Source: Eledone cirrhosa (taxonomy: Eukaryota). From it: 64,000 nt of DNA. The DNA lies in the NCBI GenBank assembly GCA_964016885.1, contig OZ024747.1, forward strand, positions 68,820,001 to 68,884,000, read 5' to 3'. Shown piece after piece: positions 19,539 to 32,127 of the stretch (position 1 is its first letter; each line of letters opens with the position of its first letter). The notes below the pieces were generated by a model. It made no database searches. It worked only from the letters and a program-made list of their open reading frames with translations, and was not told the DNA's origin. Position numbers and translations under genes: made by a program.

Positions 19539-20084
19539 ATCATCACCATCATCATCATAACTATAATTGTTACTGTTGGTATTATTTCTGTAGTATCATT
19601 TCTATGTTATGTTTTCAGTTTGTAACTATATTTTATACTTGAGCTAACTGCTATGATCCCTTCCACCAATTTCATACTATGTGTGTGTGCGTGTTTGTTT
19701 GTGTGTGTATGTGTGTGTGTACATGCGTGTATGTGTTTGTGTATGCATGTGTGTGTGTGTGTTTGTGTGTGCATGCGTGTGTGTGCATATATATGTGTGT
19801 ATGTGTGTGCATGTGTGCATGTGTGTGCGGCAGTGGGTATAGACACCTCCCTTTAGTGTACCGTATCAGTGTTGTGGGGTTTAACTTGTATCTTCCTGTG
19901 TTATTTTACTATTTATTCTGTTGTGTATGTTGTGTTTAATGTGAGATGTGATATTTTATTGGGTGTTAATTTTGTAAAGTATATGTTATATGAGTTGTGT
20001 TATTTTATTAGGTGTTTATTGTATAAAGGTGTGTGTTGTGTATGGAGATTGCTCTGTTTCAGTTGTGCTACTGAATCGATAATG

Positions 20085-20197
20085 TCTTGTGCAAGAATGC
20101 AAGTTGTTCCTAGCAGAGTTATTCCAGGGCTCACAATGTATAATATTGGGAGCCTTGGAATAGATTCTATGTTTTTGTCCATTATTATTGTTAGCAT
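20085..20197 (-). mobile_element. degenerate C-terminal remnant of an RLE-type LINE
   Basis: DKNIESIPRLPILY...ITLLGTTCILAQ resembles the same terminus. Confidence 0.45.
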
Positions 20198-20199
20198 GT

Positions 20200-21050
20200 G
20201 CCTGTAGGCTGGTTAATTTGAAGAGGAGAGGGATGCGCTTCCCAGGTGCCCTTGAAGCATCGGGCGTTTCAGGATTGGGGAATTTATTTTGTTATATTTA
20301 TATATATATATTTTTTCATTGTTAAATTGGTTTTGTTATTGTGTATTTTCACTCAATTTTATTGTACCCCACCCCCACTGTCCCTGTCTTTGTATTGTCC
20401 CCTATATGTCGGCCCTTGTGGCCAATAAATGAAATCATTATTATTTTTATTTTAGTGTCTCCTATATGTAGGCCCTTGTTGCCAATAAAGAAAGAATTAT
20501 TATTTTTTCTTTTGTTTTAATTTTTCTGCTGTTCTTAATATATTTTGTTTTTGTAAACACGTTGTGATTAATAAAGAAATCATCATCATCATTACCATCA
20601 TTATTTTGGAAAGGAAGGTGAGGGTGGAGAGAGAAGTGCTGCCCCCCCCCCCCCCCCCAGTACATTTGCTAAAAGGTGGATAAATGTGGCGAGAATGGCC
20701 CGTGTGAGTGGGCCTACTCTGACCTTGCACCTGTAGGCTGGTTAATTTGAGGAGAGGGGTGCCCTAGAAGTGTTGGGTGGTTCAGGATTGGTGGGGTACC
20801 TGAGTCGCCCCTGGGTCATCCCCTCCCCCTATTGGGGAATTTATTTAGTTATGTTTTCTTTTTTTTATACATAGTTTATTTTATATTATCATTGTTAAAT
20901 TGGTTTTGCTATTGTGCACTTTTACTCCACCTTATTGTAAACCCCTACTGTCTGTGTGTTTGTATTGTCCCCTACTGTCTGTGTGTTTGTATTGTCCGCT
21001 ACATGTCGGCCCTTGTGGCCAATAAATGAAATCATTATTATTATTATTAT
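20200..21050 (+). repeat. duplicated retroelement-like 3' ends
   Basis: CCTGTAGGCTGGTTAATTTG...GGCCCTTGTGGCCAATAAATGAAATC(ATT)n occurs twice (20200-20445, 20730-21050), with a third short end near 20460-20500. Confidence 0.6.
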
Positions 21051-21949
21051 TTAAAAAAAACAAAACATAAATAGCATAAAATCGATCATACACATATCGA
21101 AGGTAACCCTTTCATGACTGCATTTCTAATGAAATACACTCTATTTTAATTAATTAATGAAGAACTTTGAGGGATTTACTAAACTTATTAATTATTTCAT
21201 TACTAAGATAGTAAGTTAATATAAGGTTCTTATACAAAATTATTCTGGAAGATTTTAATTTAAATTGAAAACCTTTAAAATGGGTGGTTTTATTTCATAG
21301 AACCAGAACCGGTTTTGGCCGGGTTGCTAACTAAGTGTTTTTTGTGTAAAATTCTCTGATAACACTTACAGACCATATGAAATACATGCCTGTCTATTTC
21401 ATACAGGTAGCATATCGATCATGACAAAAGCAGTTACCTCCCTTAGATATTAAATCGAACAATACCGTGAACAATTTTTTTTCTCTGGGTTCCTATCACT
21501 GGCTCTAGGCCCTAGCCACCCATGTTGAGAACATTTCATTGCATTATACGTATTTTTATTTGTTTGAGTTTTTTAAAATTATTTTTCCACTTGTATTTCT
21601 ACCAAATTAAAAGCAATTTCTTCTTCTGATGTTCTATCATCTGTCATTCTTGTAATAAATGAAGAAAACCATTAGAATATCTTGGGATATCACTATGTTG
21701 ATTAATAAAAATATTATTGTCATATATAATTATTATTATCATGTCCTCCCTCAGGATTGATCTTAATTCCTGGTTTAGTCAACACAGTAGACCACATCCA
21801 ATGGTTTTAGGAATCATGACGTTGTTTCCCACTTTTCAATTTGTATCCAAAACCAGTAATGCACTGGTGTAATTTGCCGGCCTTGTGCCAAAAGTAGAAA
21901 CATTATTATTATTGTTATTTGCAATGTTTTGTTCTGGCAGATGTTATAC

Positions 21950-22082
21950 AGACACTATACCAAAAAAGCAAGCCATAGCCAATGGCCAAAGGTCCTTCCT
22001 TTTCCTTCAACTTTCCTACACCCTCCTCAGAATCCTTGCTGTTCCTAGCAAGGCTGTTTTCTGTAACAATCCCGTAGTGATG
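21950..22082 (-). mobile_element. C-terminal remnant of an RLE-type LINE
   Basis: Minus strand reads GLLQKTALLGTARILRRV-stop. Confidence 0.65.
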
Positions 22083-22842
22083 GTAATTCCTAATTATTAT
22101 TATTGATGAATTTTATTTTACACAAAGAAAAGCCCACACTATTTTCCTGTATCATCTTTAATGTTTCCTTAATGTGAGTCCTGAGTGGTTAATAAAGAAA
22201 TTATTATTGTTCTTTGAGTGTCAGTCATTGATGTTATTTAACTGGAAAGTTTGTTGAAATATCAAGCCGCTACCTGCAGCCAGTATCATCAACATCATAA
22301 TCAGTGCCACCATTTTCAGTAGGCATCTACTTTCAATAATACACTTTGGCCCCTAAAAGCTAATTATAGATATTCCATATTCAGTTTACTTTTTTTTGTC
22401 ACAATTTTGAATCCGTTATAAGTAAATGGTGCCAACCACTCAACCATTCAAAGTGATAAAAACAAAAAACAACAACAAAAAAAGCAAAGACAAAGACAAA
22501 ACAAAATGAAAAAGAAAAAAATGTAATGAATTTGATGGCTCAGCAAAATGGCAGATAAATGTAGTTTGTATAGTTTGAATTAATGTTAAGGGTAATATTT
22601 ACTCAGCATTTAAATTTCAAATTTTGGCATTTGCAAATATTTTATTTGGCACTTATCAAATAACCAAGAATTATATTTCTTTTTCCTTTTGTTTTTAGAA
22701 TTAGAGAATTTGATAAGTCTTTTGAAAAGATAAGTCTTTTGTGTAACGTAAAAAAAACAACAGAAATATATCAGAAATCTAATTTATATAATATATGGAT
22801 ATGTATTATTGCATTTACACACACACACACATATGTGTGCAT

Positions 22843-23576
<734 letters not shown>

Positions 23577-23924
23577 ATATAATTACGGTATGTGCGCATT
23601 TCTTCTAGGTTTAATTTTACTACTAATTATATGCGGTTGATGGTATATTTGATCGGATTCTGCATGCTGCCGAAATGTTTGATAAATAGTGAAACGGAGC
23701 TGCCGCGAAGAGGCTACGATCAATTGTTTGTCAGGGATTTCCCCGTAAGAAAATTTATTCTTAAAGCTTGCTAGATTTGATTTTGTATATGGTTAATTAT
23801 GCTGATTAGAGGAAGAAATAGTATATATCTTAATATCTGATTGATTCTATATACATGTTTTATGATATATATATGTATATTACATTAATTATGTTACGAA
23901 ACACTATTAGTTATATCATAATTG

Positions 23925-23964
23925 AATTTACATATGTTTCATCTTCCTGGATATCTTCAGAATT
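23925..23964 (-). ncRNA. minimal hammerhead, left copy of an inverted pair
   Basis: Minus strand AATT-CTGAAGA-TATCCAGGAAGAT-GAAAC-ATAT-GTA-AATT; helix II is weak. Confidence 0.55.
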
Positions 23965-24520
23965 AACCAAGATATAAATACCTCAACAAATTCATTTCTT
24001 CCAAACGCAAAACATACTGGAGAAACGTTTTGTTTCCATTTTAAAGAACTGCATTGTCATAATAAGAAATAGTCCTTACCACGTGTAGCTTGACAATTAA
24101 TTCACACTGGCACCCAAGCGAATGTTTATACAATAAAATAGTATTGTAATCATAAGCAATGTTAATTTGTTTACATAATACATTCTATATAAATGCCAAA
24201 AAGGGTAGATGCACACATTTTCATACACACATTCCGATATAATTGCACACCTACCCCTGTACACACGCACGCACATAGTCAATATTTACATGCATGTATA
24301 CAAGAAGCATATGTATAAAAATTATCAAAATTAATAAGAACATGACAAATTAGTTAGGTTAATGAATCTTCCAATACATTTTACCCCAGAAACAGAACAC
24401 ATACTCTAGTAATTATTAAGGGGAAATAACAAATTTGAAGTTGGTAGCTCCCCCAAACTCTACCTGCATGTATACACACATCCACACACACATTAACTTG
24501 TTGAGGTATTTTTGTCTTTG

Positions 24521-24564
24521 TTAATTCGGAAGAGTTCCAGGAGGATGAAACATATGTAAATTAG
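24521..24564 (+). ncRNA. degenerate hammerhead, right copy of an inverted pair
   Basis: TTAATT-CGGAAGA-GTTC(CAGGA)GGAT-GAAAC-ATAT-GTA-AATTAG; U4G substitution. Confidence 0.5.
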
Positions 24565-24748
24565 ATTATGATATAACTAACAGCGTTTGGTACAATAAAT
24601 AATGTAAAAATTCGCTCTACGTGTAGATAATCTTTCATATATATTATTTAAATTGTATGTAGCCGTGTTTATTGTAATTAATATCGTATTTTGAACTGAT
24701 ATAAGTTTTTCACTTACATCTTTCCAGTTTTTATATTTGAAAACGAAT

Positions 24749-24795
<47 letters not shown>

Positions 24796-24803
<8 letters not shown>

Positions 24804-25030
24804 TAAAATAACAGATTAAAGTTTAAGCAAAGAATCGCTGCTTTCACCCTTAACGGGATCTTCTGAAACTTGAGTTTCAGAAGATCCCGTTAAGGGTGAA
24901 AGCAGCGATTCTTTGCTTAAACTTTAATCTGTTATTTTAATAAATATTTGCTCTACGGTTCTTATATATTTGATATATATTTATCCCTATCGAGCCCTCT
25001 TTAGATTTTAGTCTTCAAATTTATTATTAT

Positions 25031-25033
<3 letters not shown>
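24796..25033 (+). mobile_element. TA-embedded fold-back element (Penelope-like terminus)
   Basis: Perfect 75-bp inverted arms 24796-24947 with a 2-nt loop, then a unique tail; (TA)n on both sides. Confidence 0.65.
24873..24923 (+). ncRNA. hammerhead-like motif with U4A core variant (mirror copy on minus strand 24820-24870)
   Basis: AGTTT-CAGAAGA-T.CCC(GTTAA)GGG.T-GAAA-GCA(9 nt)TGC-TT-AAACT: all three helices pair, CUU triplet. Confidence 0.6.
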
Positions 25034-25090
<57 letters not shown>

Positions 25091-25246
25091 AAATGATGTA
25101 ACGGCGCCTGAAACCCACATTATTCCATGTAATTCATGAGCACAAAGGAAAAAGAATCCCGGTCTCTTCAAATGTAATATAGAGAAGAAAACACATGTAA
25201 CCTGACGGACACACACACTCTCTCTCTCTTTCTCGTGTATTTTCTC

Positions 25247-25289
<43 letters not shown>

Positions 25290-25815
25290 CTGTTTACCTT
25301 TTACATACATATATATATATATATATAAATACTTACATTAAAAAAAACTCCTATTTTAAAAAATTAGTAAATGAATTTCTTACATCTAAAGAAAAATATT
25401 AATTCTAACTAAATATGTATGTTTTATTTTCTATAGATATATGTACTTGTTCTGAAATTTGATTCGTGTTCTAAATCGTTTTCTCTTTGAAAGAAAATAG
25501 CAAAACGTACAATGTTATTGCATTTAGAGATGAGAATTATATCACTTTATGAATAAAAATAAATAGGTTATGATTTTATGTAAAAAACATTTACTAAAAA
25601 AAGAATTAAATGAAACTAAGCCACTTACCCATCTTCAAAACAAACACTAGTGTAGACACACACACACACATATATACATATATGGGATATATATGTATAT
25701 ATATATATATTACAGAAAGGAAGATTGGAGGAGTTGGTGTAAATCTAATAAAACTTGAGTATTTGCTTAATGACATCGTTGTAGTACTTATATATATATA
25801 TATATATAAATACAC

Positions 25816-25868
<53 letters not shown>

Positions 25869-25870
<2 letters not shown>

Positions 25871-26442
25871 CATACGTCAAGACGGGCGGTCTCAAAAGTG
25901 AAAGTAAATTTATTTTCATTCTCGAACGTCGTATTTACATTTTGTGTGTGTGTGTTTAGATCTAAATTAGTGTCGTTTTAACTGATTATATATATATGTA
26001 TATGTGTGTGTGTGTAGTTGACGGTTGAGAGAAGAGTACTCAATACCGAAGTAATCTTGTAATGAGGCTTGCAGAATGGTGAGTCCGCCATTCTAGACGC
26101 TGCTGCCTTGCAGAAGTCCCAAATCGAAGCTCTGACACTCTCGTCCCCATCATTCAGCAGGGATTTTGCCAGGCAGCCGCATCATCTCCGATGGTTGGGC
26201 TTCCTATTCGGAAATTGAAGGTGGGATTTACGTTCATGATGTTGTGGTGCACGAACGGAACTTTGTAGATCCTGCAGACCTTGATGTACTCACACAGCTC
26301 ATAGAGAAGACATGGAGCCGTGCAAAGAAGAAGCTTCGTCGCCAGCATGTTTCGTTTGAACACACACAAAATGTAAACACGACGTTCGAAAATGAAAATA
26401 AATTTACTTTCACTTTTGAGATCGCCCGTCTTGACGTATGCC
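25869..26442 (+). mobile_element. Merlin/IS1595-like (ISXO2) non-autonomous DNA transposon
   Basis: About 80-bp TIRs starting GGCATACGTCAAGACGGGCG. Internal fragment PGSRIISDGWASY..VVHERNFVDP..TQLIEKTWSRAKKKL resembles the DDE_Tnp_IS1595 C-terminal half. Confidence 0.8.
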
Positions 26443-26483
26443 ATATATATATATATATATGGCATACGTCATTATATTTATTA

Positions 26484-26585
<102 letters not shown>

Positions 26586-26718
26586 TAATAGAATTAGGAT
26601 TTAGCATCATACATATCTGTATACATATATGTACGGAAATTTGGTATTTCGAAAAAAATACGGTATGTTTATAGTTAAACATTTAGAAAGCCGTAACTAT
26701 GCAAAACAACAGGGCTAT

Positions 26719-26731
26719 CGCCCTCTGGTGG
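26719..26731 (-). promoter_or_regulatory. candidate CTCF motif
   Basis: Minus strand CCACCAGAGGGCG closely matches the bilaterian CTCF core; motif match only. Confidence 0.35.
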
Positions 26732-26755
26732 TGTCAAACAAAACCAAGGCGGACA

Positions 26756-26799
26756 ATCGTCGATGCATTTCGAACTTAACTGGTACTCATCAAGACGAT
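26756..26799 (-). ncRNA. hammerhead-like motif with C3U core variant
   Basis: Minus strand ATCGTC-TTGATGA-GTAC(CAGTTAA)GTTC-GAAA-TGCA-TC-GACGAT: perfect 6-bp helix I, palindromic ATGCAT helix III, AUC triplet. Confidence 0.65.
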
Positions 26800-26998
26800 C
26801 CCTTCCACTCTTGCGATTGCTAAATATATATATATGTATATGTATGTGTATAGATACATATGTATGTGAGTATGTATGTATATTTATATATATCTAAATA
26901 TATATAAACACAGATGTTTGCTAAGTGGAAACGCAAAAAAGTAATAAAGATTTCACTTTCTAAAAATTAAGGAAAATATTTAGTATATATATATATAT

Positions 26999-27201
26999 AA
27001 CAAAGAGGGTGTGGTAAGATACCAGGTGGACCATAACGCACCAGAGTACTCAATACTTAGGGTAGTAGAGTGGGTAATAGGAAAAGAGTCAGGACCCCGA
27101 TGGTTGAGCTCCAACCGTTTCGACAGCTAGATCTGAACTGTTTTGATCTAGCTGCCAAAATGGCCGGATCTCAGCCGTCGGGGTCCTGACTCTCTTCCTA
27201 T
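26999..27201 (-). mobile_element. TA-embedded fold-back element, family A
   Basis: Inverted arms 27077-27201 plus tail. Homologous to 33898-34033, 38721-38910 and 60891-60944. An extra partial arm follows at 27209-27233. Confidence 0.7.
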
Positions 27202-27591
27202 ATATATAATAGGAAGAGAGTCAGGACCCCGACTATAATAGGAATCTATCACCATCATCATTGCATGAAAGCAATGCTGGTCAATATATCTAGAATGGCT
27301 TGATCAACACTCAATGATAACAGAAGGAATTCGTTGCTCACAGTGGAAACTATTAATTCGATTTTGAAAGGACTTTATACAGGATGGACAGACAATGGGT
27401 AAACATTGGACGAAGAATAACAACAAATACAATCATATACATATATATATATACGTGTGTGTGTGTGTTATATGGGTTATATTGAACATTAATAATAATG
27501 TTTGATTCGTTTGTAAACAAACGACCTGATTTGAAGCTGTGCCATGCTGGTAACCGATCGTCACCTGTTTGTTCAACACTGGCTTTGAGGA

Positions 27592-27634
27592 ACAATCAAC
27601 ATGTTTCTGGGTCATTACCCTTCATCAGGACTGT
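27592..27634 (-). ncRNA. minimal type-I hammerhead ribozyme
   Basis: Minus strand ACAGTC-CTGATGA-A.GGGT(AATG)ACCC.A-GAAAC-AT-GTT-GATTGT: 6-bp helix I with one GU, palindromic helix III, GUU triplet. Confidence 0.8.
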
Positions 27635-27675
27635 ATACCTCTGCCAGTCTTTATATATATATATATATATATATA

Positions 27676-28008
27676 TATCAATGATATTAATAAATGGAAA
27701 CTATACTTTATAAAACCATATTTATTTTATTATATATATTTCAAGGGTACCAAAATTTTGGTACACTCTCATCAAATAAAATACAAAAGTTGTTTTATAA
27801 AACAACTTTTGTATTTTTTCTGATGAGGGCGTACCAAAATTTTGGTACCCTTGAAATATATATAATAAAATAAATATGGTTTTATAAAGTATAGTTTCCA
27901 TTTATTAATATCATTGATACTATACTCCAGAAGAAAACTTGTAGAGTGCTTTGAATCTGCTATAATTATATTTGTTGAATAACCAACAAATTAAATAACT
28001 CTTTGCTT
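27676..28008 (+). mobile_element. TA-embedded fold-back element with hammerhead
   Basis: 122-bp inverted arms 27676-27919 with no loop and few mismatches; tail with GAGTGCTT; (TA)n flanks. Confidence 0.7.
27812..27872 (+). ncRNA. minimal hammerhead ribozyme in right arm of a palindrome (mirror copy on minus strand 27723-27783)
   Basis: TATTTTTT-CTGATGA-GGGCGTACCAAAATTTTGGTACCCTT-GAAA-TATATA-TA-ATAAAATA: AUA triplet. The mirror copy has a perfect helix I but reads TTGATGA. Confidence 0.7.
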
Positions 28009-28126
28009 ATATATATATATATATATATAATAAGGGTTGACAGACCCAGCATATTTATCAATATATAAATATATATAAATATATACATACACACACACAC
28101 ACTTATATATATATATATAATTATAT

Positions 28127-28196
<70 letters not shown>

Positions 28197-28447
28197 ATAT
28201 ATATGTATATATACACATATATAATAAGTTTTGAGGAAAGTGCATCACTAGCTAAGATGAGAAGAATGTTAAGCAGTCGAAGAATTCTGTTTCTCAGCAG
28301 GTTTAACCAAAGAGATACTATATTCAACTTGAACAGACTTTTTTGAAAATGATAACTAAAAATTTGGAAGTGAAAAGTGTTTTTCAAGGAAATATACCAC
28401 ATTAAATGTTGTTCCATACACACACATGCACAAACACACAAATGTGT

Positions 28448-28490
<43 letters not shown>

Positions 28491-29117
28491 TACATGCATA
28501 TTTATATGTATATATATATGTATGTATATATATACGTATATATATATATATATATGTATATATATGCATATATATATATATATATGTATATATGTGTGTA
28601 TATATGTATATATACATACACATATACATTCTTAAAGAAATGAATAAATATACTGAAAGACAAAGAAAACCCAGCAATGGAATTGGGGAAGAGGGATTAT
28701 GTATGTACACTTATATGTGTATGTATGTGTGTGTATGTGTGTATGTGTGTTTGTATGTAGGTGTGTGTGTGTGGGTGGGTGGATATGGCATTTCTTCGAA
28801 CACTTGCCAATTATTACAAAGTCTTAAGAATAATGCAAGTTATATTTCCGTCCCTGAGACTTTAGGAATTGGCAAGATTTTTGAAACTCTAATAATAACA
28901 TGGATCTATGTTGTTTGTGTTTGTTAGAATACAAAGGATGTGCAGCTGCCACTAATCTCTGCTCATTGACCAAATATTTTTTACACTCTCTCTTTTACTT
29001 TCTCTCTCTTTCTCTCTCTCTTTCTCTCTTTATCTTTATCTTTTTTTTATCTTTGTGTTGTTGTTTTTTTTATTTTATTTTATTTTATTTTACTTTTTTA
29101 CATAGTTACCATAAAAC

Positions 29118-30960
29118 CTATACATGGGGAGCTCTGGCAATATGGATAAAAAACTCTATCTTATCTCTGCTTTGATGTCCACACATATTGCATTTAAGTG
29201 GGTCTTGCTGGCAATGATAGCCCATATGTATGGTATACATTATACAACTTCTGTAGACAATACCACAATGCCCACACTCAAAAGTTTCTTCACTCTCTTG
29301 ATCTTTGCTTTTGCGATCCATTTTTGGATTACTATTATTGTTTGGATTGCCACCATCATTGGGATTTAAGGGATAGCGTCTGAAAGGGGGAACATTCCCA
29401 TTGTGATGTGGAGGTAGCATTGAGTTTGAAGGAGGAGTTTGATTGTTTGTTGGATGTTGGCTACTCCCACCACTACCTGTCTCTTGAATTATTTGCATTG
29501 CAATTTTTGAACCCCGACGATGCATCCCTGATAAGGAATTTTGTTGGCTATAGTATGTGCTTAAGAAATGATTCATTTGTTCAGGTAAGAGATCACCAGA
29601 AACACTTTCAGATGATGCAGTGGCTGATGTTGAAGGTTGTGGTAGTTGTGATGTTAGTTGAGGGCTTTGCTGTACTGGCTGCTGTGAAGGATGGGAAGGT
29701 AGAGGTGGTGGAGGTGGAGGTGGAGGAGGAGGTTGTTGGGAAACTGACATACTATCATTGAGCTGACTGTTAGGGAGATGACCAGAAATATCTGGTTTAT
29801 GCTCAAGTTCCTCATTGAGAATCTGCAAACTTTTATGAAGCTGCTCATAGCAGATCACATGCTCTTCTGTCCCTTGTGGACTCTTTTCGTTGCTTGGAGT
29901 TGACCGGAAAGATCCAGTAGGGTAATCTTCAGTTGGTGTTTTTCTCTTCTCCGCTGAGTACATGGAATATGCTGCTGTGTCTGGTGTACATTCAGAGGTC
30001 TGAGACTCCATACAGTCTGGTGGCATGTCTGGACTAACACTGCTACTTTTGTTACCGTGAGAAAGTTCTTCGTCAACATCTGTCATAGACAGATGGTCTT
30101 CATATTTTATTTGAAAAGTATCTCGCTTGAATGCTCTGCTTTTTCTGGATCGTTTCTTAGGTATGGCTTCTTGAAATGGAGCACGTTTCATATTTGTCAT
30201 CGCGGAGCTATGAATGCTTGTAATGGGGGACGTTAGAACATTTGTTGGCTGAACAGTAGAACCAGGAAGGTTGTTATTTCTGCCTTCAAGGTCATGACTC
30301 CCACCTATAAAAGGGGTAGACATGATTGGTGACTTTGGTTTACGTAGGTCCAAAGGAATTTCAGTTGTTTGTGGCACATCAGGGCTTGCCTGAGATGCAG
30401 AAATAGGACCCATTCCAAAGCGGTTCATCATTTGTTTGATTGTGCTAGCCTGGGGTGAAGTGGACTCATTGGACTGAATTATGGAATGTGTTGCCACACC
30501 ATTAGTTTTAGGTGGAACATTCTCTGATTTGATGTCAGATTTGATATCGGTGAATTGGGGACTTTCATTGTTTGACTGCTGAAAATTTGTATCAGAGCTT
30601 CCATACATTGAATCTGATGTCTCTGTTCGTTTAGTGTCTGAAACATCAGATTGATTAAATGTATTTGATATCATTGTTGATCGCAAATTATGATCTTCAA
30701 GAAGTGCTTCAGATGAGATCCCAAAAGCATTAAATAAATCTTGGTTCTCTGCAGCATGAACTTTTAACAGATGGTTGTTCAAGGCTTCCATAGTTTCAGT
30801 TGTTACACTGCAGAAGGTACACTTGTACAAGCCTGAATTGACAACAGATGTCACTGAGGTAGAAACAGAAATATCTTGTGGGGGATGCTGCTGGTGTTGC
30901 TGTGCCTGCTGTTGTTGTTGTTGTTGTTGTTGTTGTATTTGCTGTTGTGATTGTTGCTGT

Positions 30961-30992
<32 letters not shown>

Positions 30993-32099
30993 GTGTTGTT
31001 GGTTCTGAGACTGTTGTAGTGCAGTCAGTTGCTGTTGTTGTTGTTGTTGATGTTGTTGTTGCTGTTGTTGGTGGTGTTGTTGGTGTTGTTGATGGTGATG
31101 ATGCTGCTGTGATTGCTGTGTTGAAACTTGAACCTGTGGCTGCTGTGGATGTTGCTGGCCTTGTGAGAGCTGTTGTGGAGGGGGAGGATGAGGAGGAGGA
31201 GGTTGCAGAGGCTGCGGTTGCTGCTGGTTATGCGGCAGTTGCAGTTGCTGCTGCTGCTGCTGCTGCTGTGGAGGTTGTGGTGGTGGTGGTGGTGCTTGTT
31301 GTTGAAGTGGTTGCTGGTGTTGTAGTTGTTGTTGATGTTGTGGTGATAGCTGTGGTGCTGGCTGATGTTGCTGGTGTGGTTGTTGTTGTTGTTGTTGCGG
31401 CGGTGGTGGTGGCGGTGGTGGGGGTGGGGGTGGGGGTTGCTGTTGTTGTTGTGAAGGTGATTGCTGTTGTTGTTGTTGGGGCGAGTGTTGATGTGGGTCT
31501 CCGGAATGACTCCCAGAAACTGGGATCAGTGGTGGAGGTGGTCTTGGCACAGCTGGATGATAGCCATTAGGTGGCATCTGGTTCATTAAATGCCAGTAAG
31601 GTGGGAGTACTGTTCCATTCATCACTTGGGGTGGCATACCCATAGGAAAGAACCCACCCTGCATATACTGGCGCCTATCAGGTTTGCGCAGAGTTGGGCC
31701 CCTGCACGCTATTTTGACACGTCGGCCTTTTGCAAATCTCAGCCGAGAGACATTGTTATCGAGTCCTTGGGGAAGGCTGCCATCACTGTTTAAGACAGTG
31801 GATGGCATATGTCCTAGCTTATCCAGATGCTGCTTCAGGCTGTGGCAATATTTAGTAGCATATCCACAATCCTGACAACGAAATGGGTAGACGTTAGTAT
31901 GTGATTTCATGTGACTGTTTAGCATGGATTTGTTAACACAGCGGTAATTACACTGGCTACACTTAAATGGCTTTGAACCCATATGATTACGCAGGTGATA
32001 CTCCAGATGATGCTTATACTCAGTGACAAACGGACAAAACTGGCAGTTCAAGACTTTATCCTCTCGCATGTGAGAGCGGGCATGTGACCAAAATTCCAC
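29118..32099 (-). CDS. hb: hunchback terminal coding exon (middle fingers, Q/P tract, extra finger, two C-terminal fingers)
   Basis: Acceptor TTTCAG|GTG, phase 0. K|[60 protein letters not shown] is the hallmark Hunchback four-finger block. Also PLDL motif and C-terminal CGHC..HMGYH / CNMC..HIARAPH fingers; stop at 29118-29120. Confidence 0.96.
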
Positions 32100-32127
32100 C
32101 TGAAAGTAAAAGTTTGAAAAAATAAAT

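Larger units (their letters stand above)
23881..24752 (+). mobile_element. Penelope-like element remnant with inverted terminal copies
   Basis: About 110-bp diverged inverted repeats (23881-23992 and 24495-24606), each with a hammerhead. About 500-bp spacer and a tail ending in (TA)n. Confidence 0.55.

Noticed and set aside
27240-27415. Possible hAT transposase dimerisation-domain remnant (STLNDNRRNSLLTVETINSIL)
   Set aside because: Too short and degenerate to support without a search.
28000-29117. Nanos response element expected in a hunchback 3' UTR
   Set aside because: No GUUGU-N5-AUUGUA found by eye in the first 1.1 kb; TGTANATA matches fall within TATG microsatellite and are uninformative.
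30775-31570. Plus-strand poly-Cys and poly-Val ORFs
   Set aside because: Antisense shadows of the hunchback polyQ/P tract.
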